From Setoptus koraiensis (Eukaryota > Animalia > Arthropoda), in NCBI GenBank assembly GCA_048013815.1, contig CM106586.1, positions 8,866,001 through 8,930,000 of the forward strand: a stretch of DNA of 64,000 nucleotides. Direction: 5' to 3'. The notes beneath the pieces were generated by a model. It saw nothing but the letters and a program-made list of their open reading frames with translations, did not search any database and was not told where the DNA came from. Below are positions 1 through 13,981 of this stretch, piece by piece. The first letter of the stretch is position 1, and every line of letters starts with the position of its first letter. The position numbers were made by a program, and so were the translations under genes.

Positions 1-1199
1 ATCAAAAGTCTAGATACGTATCTTGGCAAACTATAAAGACAGATGTTATTTTTGCTAAATCTTTTTTATTCAAATGGCAAAAACTACGGAGTCGTTTTTA
101 CAAATAAAGCGTGAGTGGTTCAGTAGGTTGTAGAAAGAATAACTGATGCACTTTATAAGTTTAAGCATCGATCCTGCTCAAGATTAATGCGGTAACGATA
201 GTGATTATGCAAAAAAATTAGATGCTTAAACCTTCAAAAAGGGATTTGTTTGCTGGTGATAGCACTTGGTAATGGGGCTCATTAAAATGGGTTGTTATTA
301 GTTGCCTTAAATTCAATGAAAATGGGGAGACCTTTTTTTACTTATAATAACATGTTGGTGGATTTAATTTGATACACAACATAAAAAAAGAGGCTATACT
401 GGCAATTCCTAACCACAGAAGCACTCTCTAACTAGACGATGAAATTAAGTGTTATATCGAAGAGTTGAGAAACATGAGGGTGGTAGATGGTGGAAGGTTG
501 AACGGTGAAGGTGAAGGTTGAGGTTTGAAAGAAATTTATCTAAGTAAGTTATAATAAATCATGCAGAAGACAGTTAGAACAAACAATAAAATAAGTGATA
601 TAATCATATTATCAATCGCCATTCCTGTGGTGTTGGTTAGCTCTTTTTTTTGGTGTTAATTAAATGAAAATTGGGCTATGTGGTCAACCTCTTTCCTTTT
701 TGCCTCAATTTATGCTACTATAAATGGTGTAACTGCGTTGTTCTAATTATTGCGGTTTTTTATGGCAAATCAAAAACGGGAAAAAAGAAAACTTCATGAA
801 AATTTAATGAAAGGTTGCTATCTTACTTTCTGTTCTATTCTTAGCATGTATGTCGCCTTATACATGACGTCCGATTCTACAAAATTTGGAGGTGAAGGCG
901 CAATCACATAATCTATTATTTTATTTTTGATTTTACGCACATCTGCTATCAGTAATTATCATTCCATTCGTTGTGGTAACGTATTGTGAGGGCATTAGGG
1001 GCCCCAAATAAGAACGGGTTTTGACCAAACTAAGAAGATTGCTAAATAAACATTTCCAATGTGGTTATATGTGCGGTTAAGGTTTGTAATCGTTTACTTA
1101 ATGATATCTCCTTTTTATATTAACGATTAGATTTTTTGTCGTTTTTGTAAAAACCATTTTATTAGTTTATGCTAGTTATCTATATATTAGGGTTAAATA

Positions 1200-1750
1200 A
1201 ATTTGACGGCACGTGTGGATATTAAAACAGGTAAAGATTTATTTGAACTATTATTGGTAGCCCATGTCAGCTTTTTACGGAATTTCTATAACCAATTTTT
1301 TCAAAGTTGATACTTGCAGCAGACATGCAGTGTTAGGCTATACCCACAGTTTGTTGAGGTGATTGTCAAGATGTGTTATTTTAAAGATTTGGGAAAAGCC
1401 CTGAAAATTTAGAAAAAATACTTTCCCTTAAGTCCTACTTATACCGTTCTGTTATCACATGCCTCTATTAACTATTGTAAATAGACAGAAAAGCATAGTA
1501 TGAGGCATCATAAAAAAATAGCCTTAGATTTTACTGAGAATATTTAATTGAGTTGTGGAAGAGAATGCAATTGATCATACTATTACATCTGAAATTGAAA
1601 AATTGCCTTTGCACAGTGCAAAAAAATATTTAAATTAAATCGTCTCTGGAACATTTAAGTCTTAAAAGATTGTTCAATTTTAGGGATATCTGAAAGAACA
1701 GTAGAAATCATATTGCAAATGCGCTCTAAAAATACTCAGAAAGGCCTTTT
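1200..1750 (+). pseudogene. ECF sigma-70 family RNA polymerase sigma factor, frameshifted (boundaries approximate)
   Basis: Frameshift-corrected region 4 reads EIEKLPLQCKKIFKLNRLEHLSLKEI..LGISERTVENHIANALK.LR (~1590-1740). A SLKSYLYRS-like region 2 lies at ~1425-1455. Confidence 0.85.
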
Positions 1751-1992
1751 AGTAATAAAGTTGTAAAGAAACCTTCTTCGGTGTTATAAATTTGTTCTCT
1801 CTTTATATCTTTTTTAATATTTTTTTAAACAAACTAGGTTTTTTGTGTTTCCGTATTGATCTTAGATTACATAAACAAACCACAATGCTCCAAACCCCTG
1901 AATCCCTGGTATTCCTTACTAGGTATTTGAATGATCCTGTGATTTGGATTGTAAACAACTTGTTGACAAATTACGATCTGAGGTTCTTGCTA

Positions 1993-2830
1993 ATGAAAAA
2001 TACTTTCTTGAAGTATGAGAGCGTTTGGAATTTTCTTCAAAACTGCAGGGAACACTAGCAAATGTTGAAAAAGAAAGCCACTGAAAAAATCAAGTTGGCA
2101 TTGGCTCAATACACACCAAAAATAAATTTTAGCAGGTGGGAAAGTATTGCTGCATCATTATTTGTATTGCTTTAGGTTATTGGATATACAATCAGGAGCT
2201 ACTAAAGTTAATTTCATAACTAAAACAAACAGCACGAATACCAAGTGACTCAGTAAAATAGCCGATGGTTCTGTAATTATTCTTGCAGAAAACAGCGAAT
2301 TGAAATATCTGATAAGTTTGTGCTTCGTCCAGAGAGATTTCACTGATAAAAGGTTCAGGGCATTTTTGTAAGATAGCTAATGAATCCAAGATATCCTTTT
2401 TAAAAAGTGAATGATGGATAATCTACGGTAGTAGTGTTTGGGGACATCTTTTTATTTAAAATGACTGAAACCAAAAATTGACCTAGGTGTAATAACGGGG
2501 AAAAGTCTTTTTTAGGCCATACCCAATGGTACAACTTCTATACTTACGCTGGACAAGCGCTAACTTCTAAACATCTTAAAGACCCCTAAGAATTTTTAAC
2601 CAAATAACGGCAAAAATTCTAATTCATGGCTTACCAATGAGCTGAATATTTTGGTGGATACACCTTTAGAAGATGTTTGTAAGCAACTAACAGAGTATTA
2701 TAGGTACAGAGATCAAACTAAAAAAATGCAAATACCCACTAACAAAAACTCAATGCAATTTTAAATCCCAAATTTAGAAAAACAGGTATTGAAAATTTTT
2801 GAACGGAGAACTTATTATATAAAAATCAAC
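1993..2830 (+). pseudogene. fecR: FecR-family anti-sigma factor, frameshifted (boundaries approximate)
   Basis: Corrected translation gives ILAENSELKYPDKFASSREISLIKGQAFFKIANDPRYPFKV..TVVVLGTSF (~2280-2455) and the C-terminal SWLTNELIFVDTPLEDVCKQLTEYYGTEIKL (~2625-2725). Confidence 0.85.
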
Positions 2831-2899
2831 AAAGAACAAACCTAAATCAATTTAATAACACCCTATAACAAACAATTATTTTTGTTTAAAAAACCAAAC

Positions 2900-5800
2900 T
2901 ATGGAGGAAAAACTTCTACAAAGAGAAAAAGCTGGAATGAGTTTATGCCAAGTAGTAGCATTGCTTTTTCTGTGCCATCTTTTGTAGTTCTTTTGCTAAG
3001 GTTGATATTCAGCCAAGGGAAATGGGAAGCCGAAAGGTTAGACAACTATTTAAAGAAATGGGCAGACTTACTAAATAAGCTTTGTATTTGAGCTTCAGAA
3101 ATTAGCAAAACCTTTGTGTTTAGTTGTTCCTGAAAAATTTGGGGGACAATTACAGATCTTTAGATCAATCTTAACAAAAAAAACTCTATGGTTACAGAGC
3201 AAGGTTGGTAATCAGGTAATTGTAAGGTTCAGGCTGCTCTGGTACGCCTGGAAGTTTTAAAAAGAGATGTAATAGTAAAAAAGGGGTACGTAAATGACAA
3301 ATCAGATGGAAAACATTCCTGGTGTGAGTGTATTTGTTAAAGGTACTTCTAACGTTGTTTTACAATTGACAAAGTGTGAATATCAAATTTCTGCAAAAGA
3401 TGCGTAGTAGCATTTTGGTATTTAGATTATTTGGGTTACAAAACTATTGAAGCAACTTTATGGTAGTAGAAACAAACTATAAATATTGATTTAGAAGAAG
3501 ATGTAATACAAGTAAAAGAGGTAAATATTGTCTCTACAGGTTTATCTAAAATCTAGATAGAAAACTAATTTACAGGGATTCAACTACAAAAATTAAGCGC
3601 TAAACGATTCTGAAAGAAGTGGGGTGCCTGATATTTTCGCGTAATGTTAGAAGGTCACGCGGCCGGCGGGTTTCAGTGCAAAACGTTTTAGGTACTTTTG
3701 GAGCTGCGCCAAAAATCCTGTGTTCGTGGTGCAACTTCATTATCTGGAGATATTAAACCTTTATGGGTTGTTGATGGAATTATTTGAGAAGATGTAGTAA
3801 AATATTTCAAATGACGACGCTTTCAACTGGAAGATTGCCATACACTTATAGGTTCTTCTGTAGCTGGTATCAACCGGATGATGTTTGAATCTTTCACTAT
3901 CTTAAAAGAATGCAGCTGGAACAGCAATGTATGGCGCTCGTGCACTGAATGGGTGTAGTAGTAGTAAACAACTAAAAAAAGGTAGAACTACCAGAGGAAC
4001 AGCTACGATTAAATATTCAGGTATTTTTACGACATATTTTAAACCTATACTTATGAACAACTTTGATATCATGTAACTCTGCCGAGCAGATGTCTGTGTT
4101 TTGGTGATGAAAATATAGGTATTATTAACTAGCTCATTTGCCAAATTCATCTATTGGTGGTGTGTTTATCAAAATGGTTAACACAATATGTACAACTATG
4201 ACACAGCTACTGACAGTTATGGCTTTAAAAAATAACTCGATGAGCATTGAATTTTTTATACAGATATAGCCCAAGCTATACTGATTGGTTCGAATGCTTT
4301 GTTTAAAATTCGATTGCTACAAGAAGCATTCTTAGTGTGAGTAGTTGGTTACAGCAAAAGTTCAAAATTATTTTTCTACAAGCTACACTCACGATAGTGA
4401 CAGACTATGGATGATAACGTTTAAGCGTTTTACGGCAAACTTGAGAACTAATTTTAAAAAATAGCGAGAAGTTAAGTGCTGATTATTAGAAAATGCTTCA
4501 ATCCGTGATCAAAAATTCTCTGGTACAATATTAACCCGTCAGTCAGATCCGTGTTTAGGAAGATATTCTAGAGATTTGATTTTTAACCCATACTCTTATG
4601 CTTTAAATACTAAGTCGTTGTATTAACACATTACAATGAAGATGGAAGCTTGGAGTCTTTACTCGCTGTTATGCCCCATTCAATATTATGAGTGAGTTGG
4701 ATAACAATTACTGACTTTAAAAAAGCTTGATATTTAAAGTTCAAGGTGGAGTTAGTTAAATCCAAAAATCCTTCCTAAATTAACTTATTCGGTTGATGGT
4801 GCTTACAGATTTGCCCGTTCAGAAAACAGCATTATTATTTAGTAATTATAAACATGGCCTAATGCTTTTAGAGCAATTCCATAATCCATCTGTAAATGAT
4901 AATAACATTCTACTTATATCCAGATCCAGCATTTCCGATTGATCCTATTCTGTTGTAGTATTACCTGGATGTTTCTTTAATACGGACTATCATAATATCT
5001 GAAACTATTATTTGAGAATAACTTAGTAAATTTGATTCTATTTCGGTACTAATCAATAGATTAATGTTTTCGCATCTATGAAAATGCGTTATACGATCGT
5101 CAAAACTCAAGATTTTGAAGGTGTTTGGTTACCAGTATGGATAACGGATGGTCATGTAAATCCAAATTATAGAATTTCAAAAAACTATTGAATGGTGGTG
5201 ATCCGTACTTTGGTATGGGCTTTAGGATAAGATAGGTTTTTGTCGATGATGGCTAGAAGCCTGCTTATTATATAAAGATAGATATAGCATCAATGCTACG
5301 GTTCGTAATGATGCTCTAACTTGATGGGTAAATCTAAAGTTGCCCGTTGGTTGCAACTGGAACGTTTCAGGTGCATGGGTTATTGATCAGAGAAATTCTT
5401 TGAAGGCGGTTGTTTTGTAAACCAATTTTATTGGCGCAAGGATTAGAGCTACTACGGACTTGTTGCAAGTTTGGTTCTGCTACAAAACTCAACCGCTGTG
5501 TTTTACAATCGTTGTAACCTTACGGACCTTATGAAAATGAGAGAAGAATCTCAAATCTATACCAATAGCTTGGAAAATTCGGAATTAAACTTGGGAGAAA
5601 TTACTACGAGCTTAAATATAGGTTTCCGATTTAGTTTCTTGACAATAAAGTAAACGTAACTTTTGCTTACTATATAAAAGAAATATATTTGATTTAATTG
5701 GTGCGATTAGAACTTAAAGGTTTTGGAGGTCAATTTCTCAAAACGCTAACTACGCGAGATGAAAGCACATGTTATGAATTAACAATTGCTGTAACCCAAT

Positions 5801-6560
5801 TAAAACTGTGCGTTTTAACATGGAGAATCAATTTAACTTTTGGCGGTAAATAAGAACGAAGTAACTCGTCTTAGATGTGGAATCAAAACATCTGGACTTT
5901 AGATAGAGCTGAAGGTGCGACCAAAACAAAGGTTTATGCACAACGAGGGTTGTATTCTATTTCAATTTGATGGTTTAAATCCTCAATATGGTTTATCCAA
6001 CATTTGTATGGTATTAATGGCTTTAGAAAACGAAACCAATATTAGTTTAACAATGATACTAATGTAGGAAGCATTAATTACCTATGGGACCAGTTAGAGC
6101 CCAACATTTACAGGTGGTTTCTGGAAACCAATTTTACTTATAAAAACTTCACCATGTCTGCGGTGTTTACTTTTTTCCTTCTGAGGCACTCTTAAGTTAG
6201 GTTACAGCCTACAGTTAGTGCGAATTACGATGACATGACTTCTATGTCTAGAGATGTACTAAACAGTTGGTTAAACCTGGTGGATGAGAGTTTACTACCA
6301 TTCCTTCTATTTTGGATAGGTATACTGCTGCTGCTGGCGTATTGAGACCAAACGGTACAGTTACTGATGCAAGATATCCTTACAATGCTTACAAACCTTT
6401 TTTTACTCAACTGAAAGAGTGCCGAAAGGTGATTTTGTCGTTTAAAATAATGTAAGTCTTGTTATGCGCTTACCAGCAAAATTGGGACTTCTAATGTGGC
6501 GTGTAGGAAATGCGCAAATTCTTAGTGGGAAATAACGTAGCGCTATTATATTCAGTGATA
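2900..6560 (+). pseudogene. susC: SusC/RagA family TonB-dependent outer-membrane transporter, frameshifted (boundaries approximate)
   Basis: IPGVSVFVKGTSN (~3316); plug GVPDISRMLEG.AAG.SVQNV.GTFGAAPKIRVRGATSLSG..KPLWVVDGI (~3620-3785); SusC signature LKDAAGTAMYGARALNGVVVVTTKKGR (~3901-3990); late barrel EPTFTGGF.NQFTYKNF (~6098-6150). Confidence 0.92.
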
Positions 6561-6584
6561 AGTTAAATGGAGCTGATCAGAGTA

Positions 6585-7084
6585 NNNNNNNNNNNNNNNN
6601 NNNNNNNNNNNNNNNNNNNNNNNNNNNNNNNNNNNNNNNNNNNNNNNNNNNNNNNNNNNNNNNNNNNNNNNNNNNNNNNNNNNNNNNNNNNNNNNNNNNN
6701 NNNNNNNNNNNNNNNNNNNNNNNNNNNNNNNNNNNNNNNNNNNNNNNNNNNNNNNNNNNNNNNNNNNNNNNNNNNNNNNNNNNNNNNNNNNNNNNNNNNN
6801 NNNNNNNNNNNNNNNNNNNNNNNNNNNNNNNNNNNNNNNNNNNNNNNNNNNNNNNNNNNNNNNNNNNNNNNNNNNNNNNNNNNNNNNNNNNNNNNNNNNN
6901 NNNNNNNNNNNNNNNNNNNNNNNNNNNNNNNNNNNNNNNNNNNNNNNNNNNNNNNNNNNNNNNNNNNNNNNNNNNNNNNNNNNNNNNNNNNNNNNNNNNN
7001 NNNNNNNNNNNNNNNNNNNNNNNNNNNNNNNNNNNNNNNNNNNNNNNNNNNNNNNNNNNNNNNNNNNNNNNNNNNNNNNNNNNN
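6585..7084. other. Assembly gap (500 N)
   Basis: Run of exactly 500 N joining the bacterial-type and animal sequence. Confidence 0.99.
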
Positions 7085-7794
7085 AGAAAGTCTCAGACAG
7101 CATCATCTTGTCGGATTGGGAAGCTTGAGCTTCTTTTAGAAATGGCAAGCCTATTCGCAACACTATGTTGATTTGGTTCGCATTCATATAGCAGACTAAT
7201 AAATATATAAACGAGCAATGATGATATCGTTGGAAAACTTGATTGATATATAAACTACAAGTTCGTGTCACGACTACAACTATTTGATATTTTTTTTTTT
7301 TAGTCTATGCAAAGGTTCGGGACCTATAAGAAATCGTTTCTTCTCTCATGTTCTGTTTTGATCATGCAAAATAAGGTAACTTTCATTACCTGATGGTACA
7401 TTAGTGGTACATTAGAAGTACATTAATGGCGATTTACAGTCGACTTTCAGATTGAAAGTTTCAGCGGTGACATCTGGCGGTAGTTTGTGAGGTGAAAAAA
7501 AATTTGACTGACAGACAGACAAAGTTCACTGTGCGGCACAAAGTAGGCACGCATTGAAGTCAAACAAGCCGTGCTCTCGATGCAGGCGGAATTGAAATAG
7601 TCAGCTTGTCGGGCCAGATGACCTGTGTTTTTTCCTCACTTGATCGTTCATGTAGTAATAACCAATAAGACATTTACTATATATATTATTATTATTGTTG
7701 TATCTATCAACATTTTATCATTACTATTATCATTCTACAAAGATTATCACACCCCATTAATACAACCATAACTATTATATAAGACTATACTAAA

Positions 7795-8380
7795 ATGGAT
7801 CCCAATCAGCAATCAAACGCTATCAAGTGTACGCTTACCAGGGTACCCATATCGGCTAGTTTATTGCAAAAGTCGCGCCTGCCATTTGGCATACATTTAT
7901 ATCCGTTTACCGAAGATCCAGATATGCCTGTAATTAGTGAATTGCCCATAGTCAGATGTAGAATATGTAGGACCTATATTAATCCATTTGTCACTATTGA
8001 CCAAAGGAAATGGCATTGTAATCTTTGTCGGCGTATCAATGATTTACCAAATGAGTTCTTCTATGATGTAACCAGGCAACAATACATAGATTTGCGCACC
8101 AAACCCGAATTAACACACAACAGTGTTGAATATGTTGCTAGTGTTGATTATATGATGAGACCTCCACAACCTGCGTGTTACATGTTTGTGTTTGATTGTT
8201 CTAAAATCGCCCAACAGATAGGTTATATTCCAGTATTGGCCGAGGCAATATGTGAAAAAATCGACGAAATACCTGGTGATGCTCGCGCCTCTATTGGATT
8301 TATTGCCTACGATTCATACCTACACTTCTTTTCATTTTGTGGCAATCAAGTGGTCCATCACGTTAGCCCGGACATCGAAA
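7795..8380 (+). CDS. SEC24: COPII coat protein Sec24A/B, exon 1 of 2 (whole CDS 7795-8380 + 8488-10205, 767 aa)
   Basis: Zn-finger RCRICRTYINPF..WHCNLCRR and YMMRPPQPACYMFVFD match Sec24A/B. Donor GAAA|gtaagt at 8381. Confidence 0.95.
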
Positions 8381-8487
8381 GTAAGTAATTGTGAACTCTA
8401 TGATAAATCTGACAGCTAAAGCTATAGCTACAGCCAAATATTAATCACATTGCCATTGTTCATTGTCCTGAACATCGTGAAAATCAG

Positions 8488-10205
8488 ATGAAGTATTTCC
8501 GTGCGCGTCCGAGAACATTCTGGCTAATTTGGACGCTAAACGCGAAATGATACTGGACTTCTTAACCCAAATACTACCAACGTTTCCAGCACATGATGAT
8601 TATGGCACCAAGTCCGCCATGGGACCAGCTTTGAAAGCTGCTTATAAAATACTAGCCCCAATTGGTGGTCGAATTACTTTAATTCAAGCCCAAATACCAA
8701 ATCACGGTGCAGCAGATGAAGGTTCCGTTTTAAGTGTCAGAGAGGATCCGAACAAAAGAACCAGCAAAATGGATAAGAATGCCGAGGCTCTCACGCCGTT
8801 ATTGAATCCTGCTACAGACTTTTATAAAAAATTAGCATTAGAATGCTCCGAAAGTCAAATAGCTGTTGACTTGTTCAATCTATCAACAACCTATTCAGAT
8901 CTAGCCTCTGTCAGTCCAATAGCTAAATACAGTGCTGGATCTGTTTATTATTACTCTAACGATCCAAATAATCCAACTAGCGCCTTAGCGCGTTTCGACG
9001 CTGATTTGAGACATTATTTAACTAGACCTATTGGATTAGAGTCAGTTCTCAGAGTACGGTGCTCACGCGGCCTTACCATTCATACGTTCCATGGAAATTT
9101 TTTTGTTCGATCCACAGATCTACTAGTCTTACCCAATGCCAATCCTGATGCCAGTTATGCAATGCAAATATCTATAGATGACTTAAGACCTGATACTCAA
9201 AGTGTCTGCTTCCAAGTTGCAGTCTTGTATACTACACCATGTGGTGAAAGGAGAATCCGAGTGCACACAGTCAATTATCCAACTGTCACGACATTGCTAG
9301 ATGTCATATACGGAGCTAATCAGAACACAGTTATAGCCATGTTAGCCAAGATGGCCGTTGATAGAAGTCTCCAGATGTCTATAGGCGAAGCCAAGGAAGC
9401 TTTGATAGGCGCTGGAATAGATTTAATTGGAATATATAAGTTAGCCGATCCTATGGGATCACAAGCTAACATGCCTAATAATTCGCCTCTTCCCCCAAAC
9501 CTAAGGTTAATTCCATTATTTATTTTAGCTCTACTGAAACACCATGCTTTCCGCTTAGGAGTGTCTACAAAATTAGATGAACGATCAGCTGCCATGGAAA
9601 GATTAAAGACTCTGCCACTTGATGATATAATCACGTATATCTATCCCGACTTGTATCCCATACAGTTAATAAGTGACGAACAAAATTTTGACTGGCAAAA
9701 CCCTTGTCACTTGACAGCTGGTCTTTTAGAGAGGCACGGTGCCTATCTATTAGACTCATACGATGAAATGATTATTTACGTATGTGAGTCCATAGATCCT
9801 CAATGGGTGCAAGACGTTTTTGGAGTTCAAAGTTGGTTTCAAATTCCCGACTACGGAGACAATCTACCAGTCACGTCGGCTGTATCGCTACAAAGGCCCA
9901 GCATCCAACCAGCTTACCAAACTCAATATCAGCAACAGACATCTGCTAATCAAGAAAATAGCGAATCTCAAATCGCTGATTTGATCCCTCTGCCAGAACG
10001 AGAGAATATAACTTCTACGAGATTGCGTGAATTCATCAATTGCATACTTGATGGACGTCAACATACGCCGAAGTTTTACATACTTCGGGAGAACAGTAGG
10101 TTTAAAACAATTTTTACCCAATATCTAATAGATGATAGGAGCGAATCTTTCCATAGTTACTATGAATTCCTGGAGTACCTTCAGCAACAGAGTGGCAAAC
10201 AGTAG
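8488..10205 (+). CDS. SEC24: COPII coat protein Sec24A/B, exon 2 of 2
   Basis: Acceptor cag| at 8487 restores the frame (PDIE-N-EVFPCASENILANL). Trunk, beta-barrel, helical and gelsolin segments are present (RPIGLESVLRVRCSRGL, GERRIRVHT, YYEFLEYL). Confidence 0.95.
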
Positions 10206-11587
10206 ACTGTATGTGTAATTGTACATAAATACATTAAATATATGCACATATATAATATAAATTTATAAATATTTAGCTTGACGTCAATATACCGGTAGAT
10301 AAAAACGCCCGCAAGGTGTTATGTGCAGTAATTGTGGGTCCAAAGAGCATTATAGTTAAGCATATCAGGATTATCTACTATTGGGTGTTTAAATCAAAGA
10401 GTGCTGCACAAAGATGAAGAAGCCATGATTATATTCTATTTAAGATATCGATTAAAAGATTTCTTATCAAAAATGAGTAAAGGATCTCCTATGATTTTTT
10501 CTTATACGTCTACTTCAGCTCTGTTGAGTGTACTACATCTTTCTCAGAGGTCCACATGTATAACTGTAGATATTCAAAGTTTCGATTAACACAAAGGCTA
10601 CGATAGCGTCTCCCGAAAGAGGCCAGCCCACAAATAATCCGGTCTTTTCTAAGAGACTAGAGCTCAGCCGATGGCCTATCAAAGAATTTAGACCGCAAAA
10701 CTTGTGAAACCTGTTCCCTTTCAATTTTGACCGTTTTGTCTTTGATATGCACTTGTGAGGCCGAATGATTTGGCGCCACAATATTCGAATGTCATGCGCG
10801 AAGAAGTGAAAATAAACATGACAAACACGTGAGTCTCGATTCCGCTCACCACATTCTGTTGATTGTACCTCTGGCAATCTAGATCCAAATGAATATCCCT
10901 TTTAATTAATTATCCTCTTTGAATTGAATTCGGACCAATTTGTGCTTGTAAGTATGAAAAGTTTGTTTAGAAATTAATTTATCAGAATGTCTTTTCCCAT
11001 ACTATTTTTGTTGATGCACTTGATTAGAGCTCGTCTGGCCACTTAAATACTCCGGGATAATTCCAGTGTTGGAAGATGCCTGGAGATCATTTATCAATCA
11101 ATGCCTTGCTAGTGTCAAACTGTGCTAGATAAAATAGTCTATTTTGGCATTCTAAATATCTGAACTTATAACTGTTATATTTAGGCAGGGCCAACATATC
11201 GGCGGCTTCTGATATGCAAAATAGACTACAAACAACCTGTGAATAATCCTAATCATATTCTCAAAGACGAACCACCAGACTAACGATTAACTTTGTTCTC
11301 ACCTCTGGATATTATTCAAATAGGAACACGCATCGGACTGTATTAGGAATAATAGTAATACTAATAATATAACTTTTATTTGGAGCTCGTTAGCTTTACA
11401 CGGTTAATAGAAATAATAATATTAGTCTTCATTGCGCACAATTGTTGATCATACCATCTCAATAATTTTTTGCGTGCAAGATAGAGGATGTTCAATTGGT
11501 TGATGATAACCACTGTTATTATACACGAAACTGCCACGTGAATCCGTCGTTCAGCGGAGTAATTTATATTGCGCTTTGCCAACAAAC

Positions 11588-13208
<1,621 letters not shown>

Positions 13209-13282
13209 TTAAATTAATAAAATTTAATCTTATCCTAAGTGCGATTAGATTTGAGTTGCGCGTTTTACGCGCCATTACTTAC

Positions 13283-13307
13283 GGTTTCTGAGATAATACT
13301 TCCGGTG
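13283..13307 (-). CDS. CaMKI: CaMKI exon 7 of 9 (25-nt microexon, APEVLSQKP)
   Basis: tag|CACCGGAAGTATTATCTCAGAAACC|gtaagt; phases match both neighbouring exons. Confidence 0.92.
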
Positions 13308-13468
13308 CTACAAAAGTCAAACAGTGGTGAAGGAATGGCGAAGAAAGCAGTTAGAAAAGAAGATCTTCATCGAACAAAATGTTGCTCTATGAGTGTAGAC
13401 AACTTTTAATGGCGGACGGGCACCAGGTCGGTCACTGTTGTCATTAGAGTCGTTGCAGATAAACTTAC

Positions 13469-13499
13469 CGACATAACCTGGAGTCCCGCATGCTGTGGC
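13469..13499 (-). CDS. CaMKI: CaMKI exon 6 of 9 (31-nt microexon, activation loop ATACGTPGYV)
   Basis: tag|GCCACAGCATGCGGGACTCCAGGTTATGTCG|gtaagt. Confidence 0.93.
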
Positions 13500-13666
13500 C
13501 TAGTGGTCAAAGCGGCCATAAAAGGGCCACAGTTGGTTGGTATTTTTTTTTTTCAAATGGAACCACATAGAGATAAGGGATGAGGATCGATGAGTGTGCG
13601 AAGAAGAGGCCAACGAAGTATAACAGACATCGAATGGTCAAAGATGGTCATAGAGTGAGATCGCTA

Positions 13667-13891
<225 letters not shown>

Positions 13892-13925
13892 TTATTATGA
13901 AAAGGAGGGCATTGTAGCGCGGTCG

Positions 13926-13927
<2 letters not shown>

Positions 13928-13979
<52 letters not shown>
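13928..13979. repeat. (GA)26 microsatellite in CaMKI intron 4
   Basis: Directly visible. Confidence 0.95.

Positions 13980-13981
<2 letters not shown>

Larger units (their letters stand above)
1..6584 (+). other. Bacteroidetes-derived segment with pervasive frameshifts (contaminant read or old HGT)
   Basis: Much more AT-rich than the rest of the window. Hand-translation across frameshifts gives an ECF sigma, FecR and SusC in the typical Bacteroidetes order. No introns. Ends at an N gap. Confidence 0.9.

Noticed and set aside
1-1000. Two further degraded bacterial ORFs (about 1-545 and 561-1000, the second hydrophobic)
   Set aside because: No family recognisable after manual frameshift correction, so not annotated.
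1-6584. Alternative genetic code (TGA=Trp) as an explanation of the broken bacterial ORFs
   Set aside because: The breaks are frameshifts and all three stop codons appear; conserved Trp residues are encoded by TGG.
6552-7271. ORFs of 239 and 190 aa spanning the gap
   Set aside because: Artefacts of translating N as X.
7781-7800. aagactatact / tatactaaaat resembling the U3 5' end and part of U6
   Set aside because: The matches are only about 11 nt and run straight into the Sec24 start codon; the rest of either RNA is absent.
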